Position numbers and translations under genes: made by a program
The notes under the pieces: model-generated
The model's database searches: none
What the model was told of the DNA's origin: nothing
Seen by the model: only the letters and a program-made list of their open reading frames with translations
Source: Alphaproteobacteria bacterium
GTDB lineage: Bacteria > Pseudomonadota > Alphaproteobacteria > MPNO01 > UBA830
Direction: 5' to 3'
Length of the DNA: 64,000 nucleotides
Assembly: GCA_964291215.2 (NCBI GenBank)
Contig: OZ219790.1
Span: 1-64,000 of the forward strand
Shown: positions 1 through 10,663 of the stretch, piece by piece
How the letters are laid out: every line of letters begins with the position of its first letter
Numbering within the stretch: position 1 is the first letter of the stretch

Positions 1-391
1 GCTCCCGTCCGGCGGCGCGCGCGCCGTCGCCGGCGGGAACGATCTCCACGATGCGCGCGGCGCGCATCGCCTCCTCGGGCACCGAAGGAGTGAGGTTCAC
101 CAGCACGTCGAGCTCGCCGCCCCACGTCCCCGGCGTGGTCACGATGACCGGCTCGCCCGCCGGCTCCACCGCGGCGGGATCGCCCGCGCCCACCCTGCGA
201 TGGGGCACGAAGCTCTCGTCCCGGAACGTCCAGAGCAGGTCGTCGAGCCGTCGCGCCGCGGCTTTGGAGGAGGCGAGGACGAGCACGCGGTGTCCGCGCT
301 GCCACACGGTCTCGACGAGACGGCATGCGAAGGCCTCGAGCGCATCGGGGCTCGCCTCCGGCCGCACGTAGAAGTCGACCTGTCCGGGCAC
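1..391 (-). CDS. holC: DNA polymerase III chi subunit (runs off window start)
   Basis: GTG at 391 gives VDFYVR..FACRLVETVWQRGHRVLV...LDDLLWTFRDESFVPH, the HolC signature; directly downstream of pepA. Confidence 0.88.
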   Translation of the reverse strand, partial: MPGQVDFYVRPEASPDALEAFACRLVETVWQRGHRVLVLASSKAAARRLDDLLWTFRDESFVPHRRVGAGDPAAVEPAGEPVIVTTPGTWGGELDVLVNLTPSVPEEAMRAARIVEIVPAGDGARAAGRE

Positions 392-404
392 GGGCGGCGC
401 GGCG

Positions 405-1910
405 TCAGGCGGACGCTTCGCCGGCGCGGTCGAGCAGGTACTGGCAGAGCAGGCCCACCGGGCGCCCGGTGGCGCCCTTCTCCTTGCCGCTGCGCCACGC
501 GGTGCCGGCGATGTCGAGATGGGCCCAGCGCTGCTTCGTGGCGAATCTGGAGAGGAAGCTCGCCGCGGTCACCGCCCCGGCGTCGCGTCCGCCGACATTG
601 GCGACGTCGGCGAAGTTGCTCTCGAGCTGCTTCTCGTACTCGTCCCACAGCGGCATCTGCCACGCGCGGTCGCCCGCGTGCTCGCCGGCCGCGAGGAGGG
701 CGTCGGCGAGCGGCTGGTGGTTCGAGAATAGCCCGCTCGCGTGGTGACCGAGCGCGATGACGCACGCACCGGTGAGGGTCGCGACGTCGACGACCACGTC
801 GGGCTTGTAGCGCTCGGCGTAGGTGAGGGCGTCGCACAGGATCAGGCGTCCCTCGGCGTCGGTGTTGAGTATCTCGACCGTCGTCCCGGCCATGGTGGTG
901 ACGATGTCGCCGGGCTTGCTCGCGTTGCCGTCGGGGAGGTTCTCGGTCGCGGGAGCCAGCGCCACGACGTTGAGCGGGAGCCCGAGCGTCGCGCAAGCCT
1001 CCATCGCGCCGATGACGCCGGCCGCGCCGCACATGTCGAACTTCATCTCGTCCATGGCGGCGCCGGGCTTGATCGAGATCCCGCCCGAATCGAACGTGAC
1101 GCCCTTGCCCACGAGCACGATCGGGGCGACGGATCTCGCCGCGCCCCGGTACTCCAGGATGATGAGCCGCGGCGGCTCCCGGCTCCCGCGCGCGACCGAG
1201 AGCAGCGAGCCCATCGCCAAGCGTCTCATCCGGGCCTCGTCGAGCGCCTTGAAGGTCACCTTCGCATGCCGCGCGGCGAGCGCCTTCGCTTGGTCGGCGA
1301 GATGGCTCGGGGTGCAGACGTTGCCGGGGAGGTTGCCGAGGTCGCGGGCGAGGGAGGTGCCCGCGGCGACGGCCCGTCCGGTCTCGATCCCGGACGCCGC
1401 GGCGGCACGGTCGCGGCGTGGCGCGGCGATCGACGCCCGCGCGGGCGGCGGGGTCCGGCTCTCGTCGGCCTTGCCGCGCATCGCGTCGAAGCGGTAGGCC
1501 GCGTCGCTCAGGCGCTCGACCGCGACCCGCGCCTTCCACTGGAGGTCGCGGCCGTCGACCTCGAGCTCGCCGAGGGTCCAGGCCGCGTTCCGGGCGCCGG
1601 TGCCCACCGCCGCGCGCGCCGCGCCGTCCGCGATCTTCAGGTACCGTGCCGCGGTCATCGCCTTGTCCTCGGGGCCGCATCCGACGACGAGCACGCTGTG
1701 GGCGGTCACGCCGTCGAGCGCGTGGACCTGGATCTGTCTGCCGGCCTCGCCCCGGAACCGCGCCTTGCGCGCGATCGCGTCGAGCTTGCCGGCGCTCGCG
1801 GCGTCGAGCGCCCGGTACGCGGGCGTGGCGCGAAGCCCTTCGAACACGCCGGCGACGAGACAGCCGGTACGGATGCGGGGCGCGTCGGCGGTGGTTGTGC
1901 TGAACTGCAT
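405..1910 (-). CDS. pepA: Leucyl aminopeptidase (M17)
   Basis: VGKGVTFDSGG, MKFDMCGAA, NTDAEGRL motifs; start MQFSTT. Confidence 0.96.
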   Translation of the reverse strand: MQFSTTTADAPRIRTGCLVAGVFEGLRATPAYRALDAASAGKLDAIARKARFRGEAGRQIQVHALDGVTAHSVLVVGCGPEDKAMTAARYLKIADGAARAAVGTGARNAAWTLGELEVDGRDLQWKARVAVERLSDAAYRFDAMRGKADESRTPPPARASIAAPRRDRAAAASGIETGRAVAAGTSLARDLGNLPGNVCTPSHLADQAKALAARHAKVTFKALDEARMRRLAMGSLLSVARGSREPPRLIILEYRGAARSVAPIVLVGKGVTFDSGGISIKPGAAMDEMKFDMCGAAGVIGAMEACATLGLPLNVVALAPATENLPDGNASKPGDIVTTMAGTTVEILNTDAEGRLILCDALTYAERYKPDVVVDVATLTGACVIALGHHASGLFSNHQPLADALLAAGEHAGDRAWQMPLWDEYEKQLESNFADVANVGGRDAGAVTAASFLSRFATKQRWAHLDIAGTAWRSGKEKGATGRPVGLLCQYLLDRAGEASA

Positions 1911-2200
1911 GGTCTGTCCTCGGTTCGTTCGCTGCGCGGTGGGTACGGCCACTGTCGCGGCCGCGGACGATTCACGCTGGCCGAATCGCAAGGCTGCCGG
2001 CCGCGCCGGGCACGGCCACCGATGCGGGTGAAGGCCGGGCAGGGCGTCTGATACCATCGCGTCCTGCGTCGGCCGTCGCGGGCGGTGCCGTGCGGCGTGT
2101 CCCGATCGATCCCTCGCGAGTGGCCGAACGTGTCGGAATCCGCCGCCGGCAGTGTAGTGAGAGCGCGGGGAAGCTGTCCATCCGTGCCGGCCACAGCGCC

Positions 2201-3322
2201 TTGATCATCGAACGCTACCTCGGCCGTGAAGTGCTGCGCACGTGCGCCGTGGTGCTCGCGGTGCTCGTCCTGGTCTACGGGGCGGATCGGTTCTCGCGCA
2301 TTCTCTCCGACGCGGCGGCCGGCGCGGTGTCGCCGGATCTTATCCTCCGGATCCTCGCCCTGAAGCTCGTCGAGAAGCTTCCCGTATTCCTTGCGCTCGC
2401 GCTCTACCTCGCGGTGCTCATCGGTCTCGGCCGTCTCCACCGCGACAGCGAGGTGGTCGCGTTCGGAGCGGGGGGGATCGGAGTGTGGCGTCTGTCGCGG
2501 GGGGTCTTCGGGGTGGTGGCGGGGTTCTCGCTCGCGGGAGCGGCGCTGTCGCTGTTCGTCTCCCCGAGCGCGGCCTCGACGCGGTGGGCGCTGCTCGAAG
2601 AGGCGAGACACCAGGCGGAGAACCGGATGTTCGTGCCGGGAAGGTTCAAGGAGTTCGGAGGCGGGGACCAGGTCATCTACGTCGAGACGGTGGACCCCGA
2701 GAGCGGTCGGATGACGGACGTGTTCGTGCGGGTGCGCAAGCCCCACCGGCAGTACGTGCTGGTCTCCGGCGCCGCCTGGCAGGACGTGCATCCGGAGAGC
2801 GGAGCGCGGTACATGGTGCTCGAGAACGGCTGGCGCTACGCGGGACTGCCAGGGGATGCGCTGTTCTCGGTGACCCGGTTCGAGCGGCACGCGGTCCGGA
2901 TCGAGGCGAAGGCGGGGGAGACCTTCGCGCGCGGGAGAGAGATTCTCGCAACGACGGAGCTGATCGGTTCCGGCGATCCCGGCCACCTCGCGGAGCTCCA
3001 GCGGCGGATCTCGGCCGCGGTCTCCATCGTGGTGCTCGGGATGCTGGCGGTGCCGCTCGCGCGGACCACGCCTCGCGAAGGGCGCTACGGAAGGCTGTTC
3101 CTGGCCGTCGTCGTCTACTTCGTCTACAGCAATGCGATCAGCATCGTCGAGAACCTGGTCGAGCGGGGGGTGGTGCCGCAGATCGTGGGGGTGTGGCCGG
3201 TGCACGCGGCCATGGCCTTCGTGGTCCTCGTGCTTCTCCTCGCACAGACGACGGGCGCCCGGCGTCTCGGCGCGAAGGTGCGCTCGGCCCGCCGCACCTG
3301 CCGCGAAGGCGTATCGCCATGA
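2201..3322 (+). CDS. lptF: LPS export ABC permease LptF
   Basis: IIERYLGRE start, LGRLHRDSE motif, divergent from pepA; TTG start inferred. Confidence 0.9.
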   Translation: MIIERYLGREVLRTCAVVLAVLVLVYGADRFSRILSDAAAGAVSPDLILRILALKLVEKLPVFLALALYLAVLIGLGRLHRDSEVVAFGAGGIGVWRLSRGVFGVVAGFSLAGAALSLFVSPSAASTRWALLEEARHQAENRMFVPGRFKEFGGGDQVIYVETVDPESGRMTDVFVRVRKPHRQYVLVSGAAWQDVHPESGARYMVLENGWRYAGLPGDALFSVTRFERHAVRIEAKAGETFARGREILATTELIGSGDPGHLAELQRRISAAVSIVVLGMLAVPLARTTPREGRYGRLFLAVVVYFVYSNAISIVENLVERGVVPQIVGVWPVHAAMAFVVLVLLLAQTTGARRLGAKVRSARRTCREGVSP

Positions 3323-4377
3323 GGATCATCGACGCCTGGATCGCCCGGCACGTCGTGGGCGGCGCGTTGCTGGCGCTGTCCGTGCTCCTGTCGCTCACCG
3401 CGGTGGTGGCGTTCGTCGAGGAGCTCGATGAGGTCGGCCGGGGGCGCTACGGCATCGGCGGCGCGGTCGAGTACGTGCTCCTGACCGTTCCGAGGCAGGC
3501 CGTCGTCCTGTTCCCCCTCGCCTCGGTGATCGGCGCCCTCATCGGGCTCGGGACCCTGGCCGTCTCGCGCGAGCTCGCCGTGGTGCGCGCCTCCGGCGTG
3601 TCGGTCGCGCGCATCGTCGGCTCGGTGCTCACGGGCGCGCTCGCGCTCATGGTCATCGCGGTCGCGGTCGGAGAGGTCGTCGCTCCGTACTGCGAACGCC
3701 TCGCCCAGGCTCGGCGCGCCGCCGCGCTCGACGAAGCGCAGAACCGGGGAACCGGATTCTGGATCCGCGAAGGGCGGCGTTTCGTCAACGCGGTGCGGGT
3801 GCGGCCCGATGACACGGTCGAGGACATGTACATCTACGAGGTGGATCCCGACGGGACCCTGCGGGCGGTGACGCACGCCCTGCGGGCGCAGTACCGCGAC
3901 GGGGCGTGGAGGCTCGAGTCCGTGCGCTGGAGCGAGATCTCGGCCGACGGAGTCGTGACCCGGTCCACGCCGACCGTGGCGTGGGAGACCGGGCTGAAGC
4001 CCGACCTCGTCAAGCTCGCCTCGGTCCGCCTGGAGAGCCTTTCCGGGCGCGCCCTGGCGCGATACATCGACTACCTGCGCGACAATCGGCTCGAGACCGC
4101 CGCGTACGAGCTCGCGCTGTGGATGAAGATCGTCTATCCGCTCGCGACCGGGGCGATGATCGTGCTGGCGGTGCCGCTGGTGCTGGGACGCCTCGGCGGG
4201 ACCGGGATCGGGCAGCGAATTCTCGTCGGCTGCCTGATCGCGGTGGCCTTCCACGTCGTCAACGAGGTCTCCGGCAAGATGGGCATCGTCTACGGCCTGA
4301 ACCCGGCGTTGAGCGCCTTCGCGCCGACGCTGCTGTTCCTCGCCGCGGGGGTGTGGCTGCTGCGCCGGGTGCGTTGA
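3319..4377 (+). CDS. lptG: LPS export ABC permease LptG
   Basis: MRIIDAWI..., LGTLAVSRELAVVRASGVS; ATGA overlap with lptF. Confidence 0.9.
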   Translation: MRIIDAWIARHVVGGALLALSVLLSLTAVVAFVEELDEVGRGRYGIGGAVEYVLLTVPRQAVVLFPLASVIGALIGLGTLAVSRELAVVRASGVSVARIVGSVLTGALALMVIAVAVGEVVAPYCERLAQARRAAALDEAQNRGTGFWIREGRRFVNAVRVRPDDTVEDMYIYEVDPDGTLRAVTHALRAQYRDGAWRLESVRWSEISADGVVTRSTPTVAWETGLKPDLVKLASVRLESLSGRALARYIDYLRDNRLETAAYELALWMKIVYPLATGAMIVLAVPLVLGRLGGTGIGQRILVGCLIAVAFHVVNEVSGKMGIVYGLNPALSAFAPTLLFLAAGVWLLRRVR

Positions 4378-4499
4378 GCGCCGCGCGGGCCATGCGCCGC
4401 CGGCGGCGCGGAGTCTCGCGGCGGGCGCCCGTCGCGCACGGCAGGCCGGGCTCCCCCGCCGTGCGGCCCGCCGGGGCATCCCCGGGTCGCGCCGGACGC

Positions 4500-4961
4500 T
4501 CAGCCCTCCGGGGAGATCATCTCCAGCACCGTGCCCGAAAGGCGATCGTGCAGGCTCAGCCGGTCCCGGTCGAAGGCCACCCACAGCAGGCCGGCGCCTG
4601 CGGCGCCGATCGAGACCAGCGCGGCGGCGAATCGCGCGAGCGCGTGCCGCCAGCCGAGCCGTGCCCCGTCACGGGTGCGCACCCGCATCCTCCACGCCCG
4701 CATCCCCAGGGTCTGACCGCTGCGTGTCCAGCACCAGCCCAGGTACACGTAGCTCACCGCGAGCAGCCAGAGCGTGTAGGCGGGTTCGTTCGGGCCGACG
4801 GTCTGCCCGCCGGTGACGACCAGCACGGGGACGGTCGCCGCGAACAGCAGCGCGAACAGGAGGAGCGCGTCGTAGACCAGGGCGGCGAGCCGCCGGAGCA
4901 GCCCGGGTCGCTGCGGTGCGCCGGCTTGCGGCGAGCCCGCACGGGCGGTGCCGCCGGTCAC
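4500..4961 (-). CDS. RDD family membrane protein
   Basis: [30 protein letters not shown]. Confidence 0.88.
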   Translation of the reverse strand: MTGGTARAGSPQAGAPQRPGLLRRLAALVYDALLLFALLFAATVPVLVVTGGQTVGPNEPAYTLWLLAVSYVYLGWCWTRSGQTLGMRAWRMRVRTRDGARLGWRHALARFAAALVSIGAAGAGLLWVAFDRDRLSLHDRLSGTVLEMISPEG

Positions 4962-5524
4962 GCTTTCGGCAGGGTGACGCCGCGCTGTCCCATGTACTTC
5001 CCCGCGCGGTCGCGGTAGGAGGTCTCGCAGACCTCGTCGGACTCGAAGAAGAGCACCTGGGCGACGCCTTCGTTGGCGTAGATCTTCGCGGGCAGCGGCG
5101 TGGTGTTGGAGAACTCCAGGGTGACGTGGCCCTCCCATTCCGGCTCGAGCGGGGTCACGTTGACGATGATGCCGCAGCGGGCGTAGGTCGACTTGCCGAG
5201 GCAGACGGTGAGGATGTTGCGCGGGATGCGGAAGTACTCGATGGTGCGGGCCAGCGCGAAGGAATTCGGCGGGATGATGCACACGTCGGCGCGGTGGTCC
5301 ACGAAGCTCGAATCGTCGAAGTTCTTCGGGTCGACGACGGCGGAGTTGATGTTGGTGAAGATCTTGAACTCGTCCGCGCAGCGCACGTCGTAGCCGTAGC
5401 TCGACGTTCCGAACGAGATGACGCGCCCGCCGTGGCGCTCGCGGACCTGCCCCGGCTCGAACGGCTCGATCAGGCCGTGCGCGCGGGCCATCTCGGCAAT
5501 CCAGCGGTCGGACTTGATGCTCAT
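4958..5524 (-). CDS. dcd: dCTP deaminase
   Basis: [40 protein letters not shown]. Confidence 0.96.
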   Translation of the reverse strand: MSIKSDRWIAEMARAHGLIEPFEPGQVRERHGGRVISFGTSSYGYDVRCADEFKIFTNINSAVVDPKNFDDSSFVDHRADVCIIPPNSFALARTIEYFRIPRNILTVCLGKSTYARCGIIVNVTPLEPEWEGHVTLEFSNTTPLPAKIYANEGVAQVLFFESDEVCETSYRDRAGKYMGQRGVTLPKA

Positions 5525-5589
5525 GCCGGCTCGGCGACGGTGCGCCGCGGGCGGTTGCGGGGTGGCGGCTGCCGCTCGACCCGCATCGG

Positions 5590-6675
5590 CTACTGGATGA
5601 CGATCTTCGGGAAGGCCTGGCTGTAGTCCTTCGCCTTGAGCGAAAGCTTCGCCGCCACCCGCCGCGCGATCTCGCGGTAGCGCCGGCCGACCGCTCCGTC
5701 CGGGTCCTTGACCACGGTGGGCTGCCCGCCGTCGGCGTCCTCGCGGATCGCCCGCGCGAGCGGGATGTCGCCGAGCAGGGTGACGCCGTACTCCTCGGCC
5801 ATCCGTCTCCCGCCACCCTCGCCGAAAATATGGTCCTCGTGCCCGCACTCGCTGCACACGTGGGTGCTCATGTTCTCGATGATCCCGAGCACCGGCACCT
5901 TGACCTTCTCGAACATCCCGAGCCCCTTGCGCGCATCGAGCAGCGCGATGTCCTGCGGCGTGGTGACGATGACCGCGCCGCTCACCGGGATGCGCTGGGC
6001 GAGGGTGAGCTGGATGTCGCCGGTGCCGGGCGGCAGATCGACCACGAGGTAGTCGAGATCGCGCCAGTTCGTGTCGCGCAGGAGCTGCTCCAGCGCCTGG
6101 GTGACCATGGGCCCGCGCCAGATCATCGGGGTGTCTTCCTCGATCAGGTAGCCGATGGACATCGACTGGACACGGTAGCTGGTCATGGGCTCGAGCGACT
6201 TTCCGTCGCGCGAGTCCGGCTGCCCCTGCGCGCCCAGCATCCTCGGCTGGCTCGGCCCGTAGATGTCGGCGTCGAGCACGCCCACCGTCGCGCCCTCGGC
6301 CGAGAGCGCAAGGGCCAGGTTGGCCGCGATGGTGGACTTGCCGACCCCTCCCTTCCCCGACGCGACCGCGATGATGTTGCGCACGTCCTTCAGCGCGTCG
6401 AGACCCTGCTGGACCGCATGCGAGGCGATCTTCCAGCCGACGTCCACCTCCACGTTCTCGACGCCGTCCACGGCGCGAATCCTCTCGTCCAGCGCGGCGG
6501 CGATCTCGGAGCGGTGCCCTGCCGCCGGGAAGCCGAGCGTCACGCCGACCCTGACGCGCCCGCCCTCGACGTCGAGTGACTTGATGGCCTTCGCACTACG
6601 CAGATCGGTCTCCACGTAGGGGTCGCGGTAGGAGGCGATGGCGTGCTCGATCTGTTCGCGCTGCGGCTCGGACAT
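5590..6675 (-). CDS. apbC: Fe-S cluster carrier ApbC/Mrp
   Basis: [29 protein letters not shown]. Confidence 0.95.
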   Translation of the reverse strand: MSEPQREQIEHAIASYRDPYVETDLRSAKAIKSLDVEGGRVRVGVTLGFPAAGHRSEIAAALDERIRAVDGVENVEVDVGWKIASHAVQQGLDALKDVRNIIAVASGKGGVGKSTIAANLALALSAEGATVGVLDADIYGPSQPRMLGAQGQPDSRDGKSLEPMTSYRVQSMSIGYLIEEDTPMIWRGPMVTQALEQLLRDTNWRDLDYLVVDLPPGTGDIQLTLAQRIPVSGAVIVTTPQDIALLDARKGLGMFEKVKVPVLGIIENMSTHVCSECGHEDHIFGEGGGRRMAEEYGVTLLGDIPLARAIREDADGGQPTVVKDPDGAVGRRYREIARRVAAKLSLKAKDYSQAFPKIVIQ

Positions 6676-6790
6676 CCTGGGGAGCTCCGTGACGGGACTG
6701 GAATCGGGTCGCAATCTTACATGACTTGCGCGCCGCCATTCGCCGTGGCGGCTGGGGAAGGGCAGGGCCATTCATGGCCGTGTCGATGGC

Positions 6791-6860
6791 ATCATTCCCG
6801 CTTCCGCGGGAATGACGGCACATGCGCCGGCAACGTCATTCCCGCGAAGGCGGGAATCCA
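6791..6860. repeat. Pair of REP/dRS3-like palindromes (ATTCCC-N8-GGGAAT)
   Basis: ATTCCCgcttccgcGGGAAT at 6794-6813 and ATTCCCgcgaaggcGGGAAT at 6838-6857, inverted relative to each other. Confidence 0.75.
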
Positions 6861-7009
6861 CGATTTCGGGCACCCGAAATCTCGCTCCGCGTCTTGCACC
6901 CCATAGCGTGAATAGCGCCTTCGACATCCGCCGAAGGTGGATGAATGGTCCTGCCCCCGGACGCAATGGTGTGTCGGAGTCCTGTCCGCACGTGCCTGCG
7001 GCAGTATGC

Positions 7010-7027
7010 TTGTCATATGAATGTCAT
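7010..7027 (+). promoter_or_regulatory. Pho box upstream of phoB
   Basis: TTGTCAT-ATGA-ATGTCAT, an 11-bp-period match to the CTGTCAT repeat consensus. Confidence 0.8.
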
Positions 7028-7079
7028 CAATCGACGTTGAAATGTCCGCAGTCGCAGGGATCGGGGAGACAACCCGGCG

Positions 7080-7771
7080 GTGAGCAAGAGCATACTTCTG
7101 GTCGAAGACGAGGCCGCCATCCGGGAGATGGTGCAGCACGCGCTCTCCCGGGTCGGTTTCGAGACCCGTGCCGTGGCGGATGCCGAGCACGCGGACCGCG
7201 AGATCGAGCGGGTTCCGCCCGATCTCATCCTGCTCGACTGGATGCTGCCGGGCGTGAGCGGCCTGGAGTTCGCGCGCAGGCTTCGTCGCAGCGACGCCAC
7301 CCGCAAGATCCCGCTCATCATGCTGACCGCGAAGGGCGAGGAAGGCGACAAGCTGAGCGGATTCGACGCGGGCGCCGACGACTACGTGGTCAAGCCGTTC
7401 TCCGTGAAGGAGCTGGTGGCGCGGATCTGCGCGGTGCTGAAGCGGACCACTCCCGTCGGTGACGACCATCCGATCGAGATCGGCGGGCTGCGTCTCGACC
7501 CGGTGAGCCACCGCATCACCGGCCGGGGGAGACGATCCGCACCGGACCGACGGAGTTCCGCATGCTCCACTTCTTCATGAGCCACCCCGAGCGCGTCTTC
7601 ACCCGCGGCCAGCTTCTCGATCGGGTGTGGGGCCGCAGCGTCTACATCGAGGAGCGCACCGTCGATGTCCACATCCGCCGGCTGCGCAAGGCGCTCTCCG
7701 GACAGGGCTACGACCGGTTCGTGCAGACCGTGCACGGAACCGGCTACCGGTTCTCGCGCCACCCGGACTGA
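7080..7771 (+). CDS. phoB: Phosphate regulon response regulator PhoB (frameshift near 7527, probably a sequencing error)
   Basis: Receiver domain in 7080-7580 and winged-helix C-terminus ([30 protein letters not shown]) in the next frame; one extra G in the run at 7525-7529 restores the frame. Confidence 0.9.
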
Positions 7772-7880
7772 TCCGCGGGCGAACGCGGCCGTGGGCGGGT
7801 CGCGTCGGGCGGCAGGTCTCCGATTGCGGTCGGATCGCCACTCGGCATAATGGGGCGGGTGATGTCCAGGGATCGATCCG

Positions 7881-9215
7881 ATGACGATATCGAGCGCCCG
7901 TACCCGTGAGTGGCGCCGGCTCGCGGCAGGGGCGGTCGCGCTCGTCGCTGCGGACTGGCTCTTCGGGCTCACGCCCTGGCTGCTGCTCGCCGGCACATGC
8001 GCGTACCTCGCGTGGCATCTCCACCACGTACATCTCCTCGCCCGCTGGCTCGCGAGCGGAGGGCGCGCGCCCGAGCCCGAGACCCGCGGGATCTGGGCTC
8101 AGGTGTTCGAGTCGCTGAGCCGTATCCACCGGCAGAACCGCAAGCGCAAGAAGCGCCTGCGCAAGGTCGTGATGCGGTTCCAGCATGCGGCCGAGGCGAT
8201 GCCGGACGGCGCGATCGTCCTGGACGCCGCCGGGACCATCCTGTGGATGAATCAGGCGTCGAGCCGGCTGCTCGGCCTGGAGCGCCCGCGCGACATCGGC
8301 CTGCCGGTGTCCAGCTTCATTCGACATCCGAGCTTCGCCGACAGGCTGAACACGGAGGCGTTCGACGAGCCGATCCGGCTCACCTCTCCGCTGCGTGAAG
8401 AGCTTCAGCTCCTGATCAGAATCGTCCCCTACGGCGGCAGCCGGCGGCTGATGCTCGTGCGTGACGTGAGCCGGATCTACAACCTGGAGCAGATGCGCAA
8501 GGACTTCGTGGCCAACGTGTCGCACGAGCTGAGAAGTCCGCTCACCGTTATCGTCGGGTACCTGGAGGCGCTCCGGGACGACGATCGGTTCCCGGTCGAG
8601 TTCAGGCGGCCGGTCGCGCAGATGTCGCAGCAGGCGGCGCGGATGAGCCTGATTGTGGAGGACCTGCTGCAGCTTTCGCGCCTGGAGGCCACGCCCGGCG
8701 TCGCGTCCGGCGAGCCCGTCGCGGTGGCGGGGATGCTCGAATCGATCGCCAGGGACGCCCGCGCTCTCGGAGACGGGGGGCATCGGGTCCATCTGCGCGC
8801 GGATGCGGCTCTCTCCCTGCTCGGCGACTGGAACGAGCTCTACAGCGCGTTCTCCAACATCGCGTTCAACGCGGTGCAGCACACCCGCGCCGGAGGGTTC
8901 GTCCGGCTGCAATGGACACCGGACGGGGAGGGGGGCGCGCAGTTGAACGTGACCGATACCGGTGAGGGCATCGAGGCCCATCACATTGCCCGTCTCACCG
9001 AGCGGTTCTATCGCGTGGACAAGGCGCGTTCGCACGAGAGGGGAGGCACCGGGCTGGGCCTTGCCATCGTGAAGCACGTCCTGGTGCGGCACGACGCCGA
9101 GCTCGAGATCGAGAGCCGCCCCGGCGAAGGCAGCCGGTTCTCGTGCCTGTTCCCCGGGCATCGGGTCGTGCGCGCCGAGGTGCCGGCCGAGCGGGAGCGG
9201 CAAGCGGTTGGATGA
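7881..9215 (+). CDS. phoR: Phosphate regulon sensor kinase PhoR
   Basis: DFVANVSHELRSPLT, RLTERFYRVDKARS, GTGLGLAIVKH. Confidence 0.95.
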   Translation: MTISSARTREWRRLAAGAVALVAADWLFGLTPWLLLAGTCAYLAWHLHHVHLLARWLASGGRAPEPETRGIWAQVFESLSRIHRQNRKRKKRLRKVVMRFQHAAEAMPDGAIVLDAAGTILWMNQASSRLLGLERPRDIGLPVSSFIRHPSFADRLNTEAFDEPIRLTSPLREELQLLIRIVPYGGSRRLMLVRDVSRIYNLEQMRKDFVANVSHELRSPLTVIVGYLEALRDDDRFPVEFRRPVAQMSQQAARMSLIVEDLLQLSRLEATPGVASGEPVAVAGMLESIARDARALGDGGHRVHLRADAALSLLGDWNELYSAFSNIAFNAVQHTRAGGFVRLQWTPDGEGGAQLNVTDTGEGIEAHHIARLTERFYRVDKARSHERGGTGLGLAIVKHVLVRHDAELEIESRPGEGSRFSCLFPGHRVVRAEVPAERERQAVG

Positions 9216-9501
9216 CGCGATGAACGCCGCGCCGCGCACCGAGGTGCCCGCGGCGGCGGACGACCTGCCGCCCGTTCCCGCGCAGCTCGCCGCGATCGAC
9301 CTCGGCTCCAACAGCTTCCACCTCGTCATCGGCAAGGTCGTCGACGGCCACGTGGACATCGTCGACCGGCTGCGCGAGCCGGTGCGTCTCGCGGCGGGAC
9401 TCGACGACCGCAAGCGGCTCGGCCGCGACGCGATCGAGAGCGCGCTCGACTGTCTGCGCCGCTTCGCGCAGAGGCTGCGCGGCATGCCGGAGCACGCGGT
9501 C
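9208..9501 (+). pseudogene. ppx: Exopolyphosphatase Ppx, N-terminal fragment
   Basis: LAAIDLGSNSFHL...LREPVRLAAGLD; similarity stops after RGMPEHAV at about 9500. Confidence 0.85.
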
Positions 9502-9874
9502 AAAGGCAGAGCAGGTAGGAGGTGTAGAACATGTAGGCCCGTTCGCGCACGTATTCGAGCAGCAGCGAGTTGCGCGAATAGGGCACGATGACCGAGCCGA
9601 TGCCGGAAACGATGAGCAACACGAACGCGTTGAGCATGTCGACCCGGTATTCAATGCCGATCGGCGGCGGCCAGCCTCCGAGGTGGTAGGACAGCGTGCC
9701 TTCGGCGCCCACCCGCGCGATCAGCCAGCACGCGCAGGCGAACGAGAACCAGGTTGCCAGCAGCGCTGTCCAGAAGGCCTGGTCGCGGCCGCGAAGCAGG
9801 ACGCAAAGCGGTGCGCATATGAGCGGCACCACGATGATCAGCGCCGGAAGATGCTCCAGGAAAAAGACCATCAC
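9500..9874 (-). pseudogene. mnhD: Mrp/Mnh antiporter subunit D, N-terminal fragment
   Basis: YHLGGWPPPIGIEYRVD; only 124 aa, truncated where ppx is truncated. Confidence 0.85.
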
Positions 9875-10227
9875 ATGCTCTCGTCCTGGCTGTGGATTTC
9901 CTCCTCCTCGATGGTGCCGTAGGCGGTCCGGATGCGGACGACCAGCGCAAGTCCGAGTGCCGTGGTGGCGATGCCGACGACGATCGCGGTGAGGATCAGG
10001 ACGTGAGGCAGTGGGTTGGAATAGGTGTCGAAGGTCTTGTCGAGAATCGGGGCGGTGCCGCCGGAGACCTTGCTGAAAGAGATGTAGAGCACGAACACCG
10101 AGGCCTGGAACACGTTCAGCCCGATCAGCTTCTTGATCAGGTTTCCGTGCGCGATGACGATGTAGAGGCCCGCCATCGCGAGGAAGATCACGATCCAGTA
10201 GTTGTAGAGTCCCCAGATGTCCTGCAC
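9871..10227 (-). CDS. mnhC: Mrp/Mnh antiporter subunit C
   Basis: NLIKKLIGL, NPLPHVLILTAIVVG; start approximate. Confidence 0.9.
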   Translation of the reverse strand: MQDIWGLYNYWIVIFLAMAGLYIVIAHGNLIKKLIGLNVFQASVFVLYISFSKVSGGTAPILDKTFDTYSNPLPHVLILTAIVVGIATTALGLALVVRIRTAYGTIEEEEIHSQDESM

Positions 10228-10243
10228 CGCGCCGACTGTCCCG

Positions 10244-10663
10244 TCAGTTCTTTCGCCAGCCGGCAAAGGTGAAGAACACCGTCATCATCACCGATGCGAC
10301 GGTGATGCCCACGGCGAGTTCGATGGTGACGATGCCAATATGCTGGCCGTCCTTCGTCTTGTCCGCGAGCGGGCTGTAGTCGAGATAGTTCTCGCCGAGC
10401 AGCAGCGAGGCGACGCCCACACAGGCGTAGAGCAGGAGACCGCCGGCGATGCCGGCGCGCAGCGTCCCGGGCGGCAGAATCTCCTCGGCCGCACGGACGC
10501 CGTAGACGAGCGCGTAGAGGATGAAGCCGGCGGCGAAGATCACGCCGGCCTGGAACCCGCCGCCGGGCCCGAAATCGCCGTGGAACTGGACGTACAGCCC
10601 GAACAGCAGGATGAACGGGAGTAGCAGCTTGGTGACCACCCGGACGACCAGATATTCCCTCAT
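10244..10663 (-). CDS. mnhB: Mrp/Mnh antiporter subunit B
   Basis: HGDFGPGGGFQAG. Confidence 0.9.
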   Translation of the reverse strand: MREYLVVRVVTKLLLPFILLFGLYVQFHGDFGPGGGFQAGVIFAAGFILYALVYGVRAAEEILPPGTLRAGIAGGLLLYACVGVASLLLGENYLDYSPLADKTKDGQHIGIVTIELAVGITVASVMMTVFFTFAGWRKN

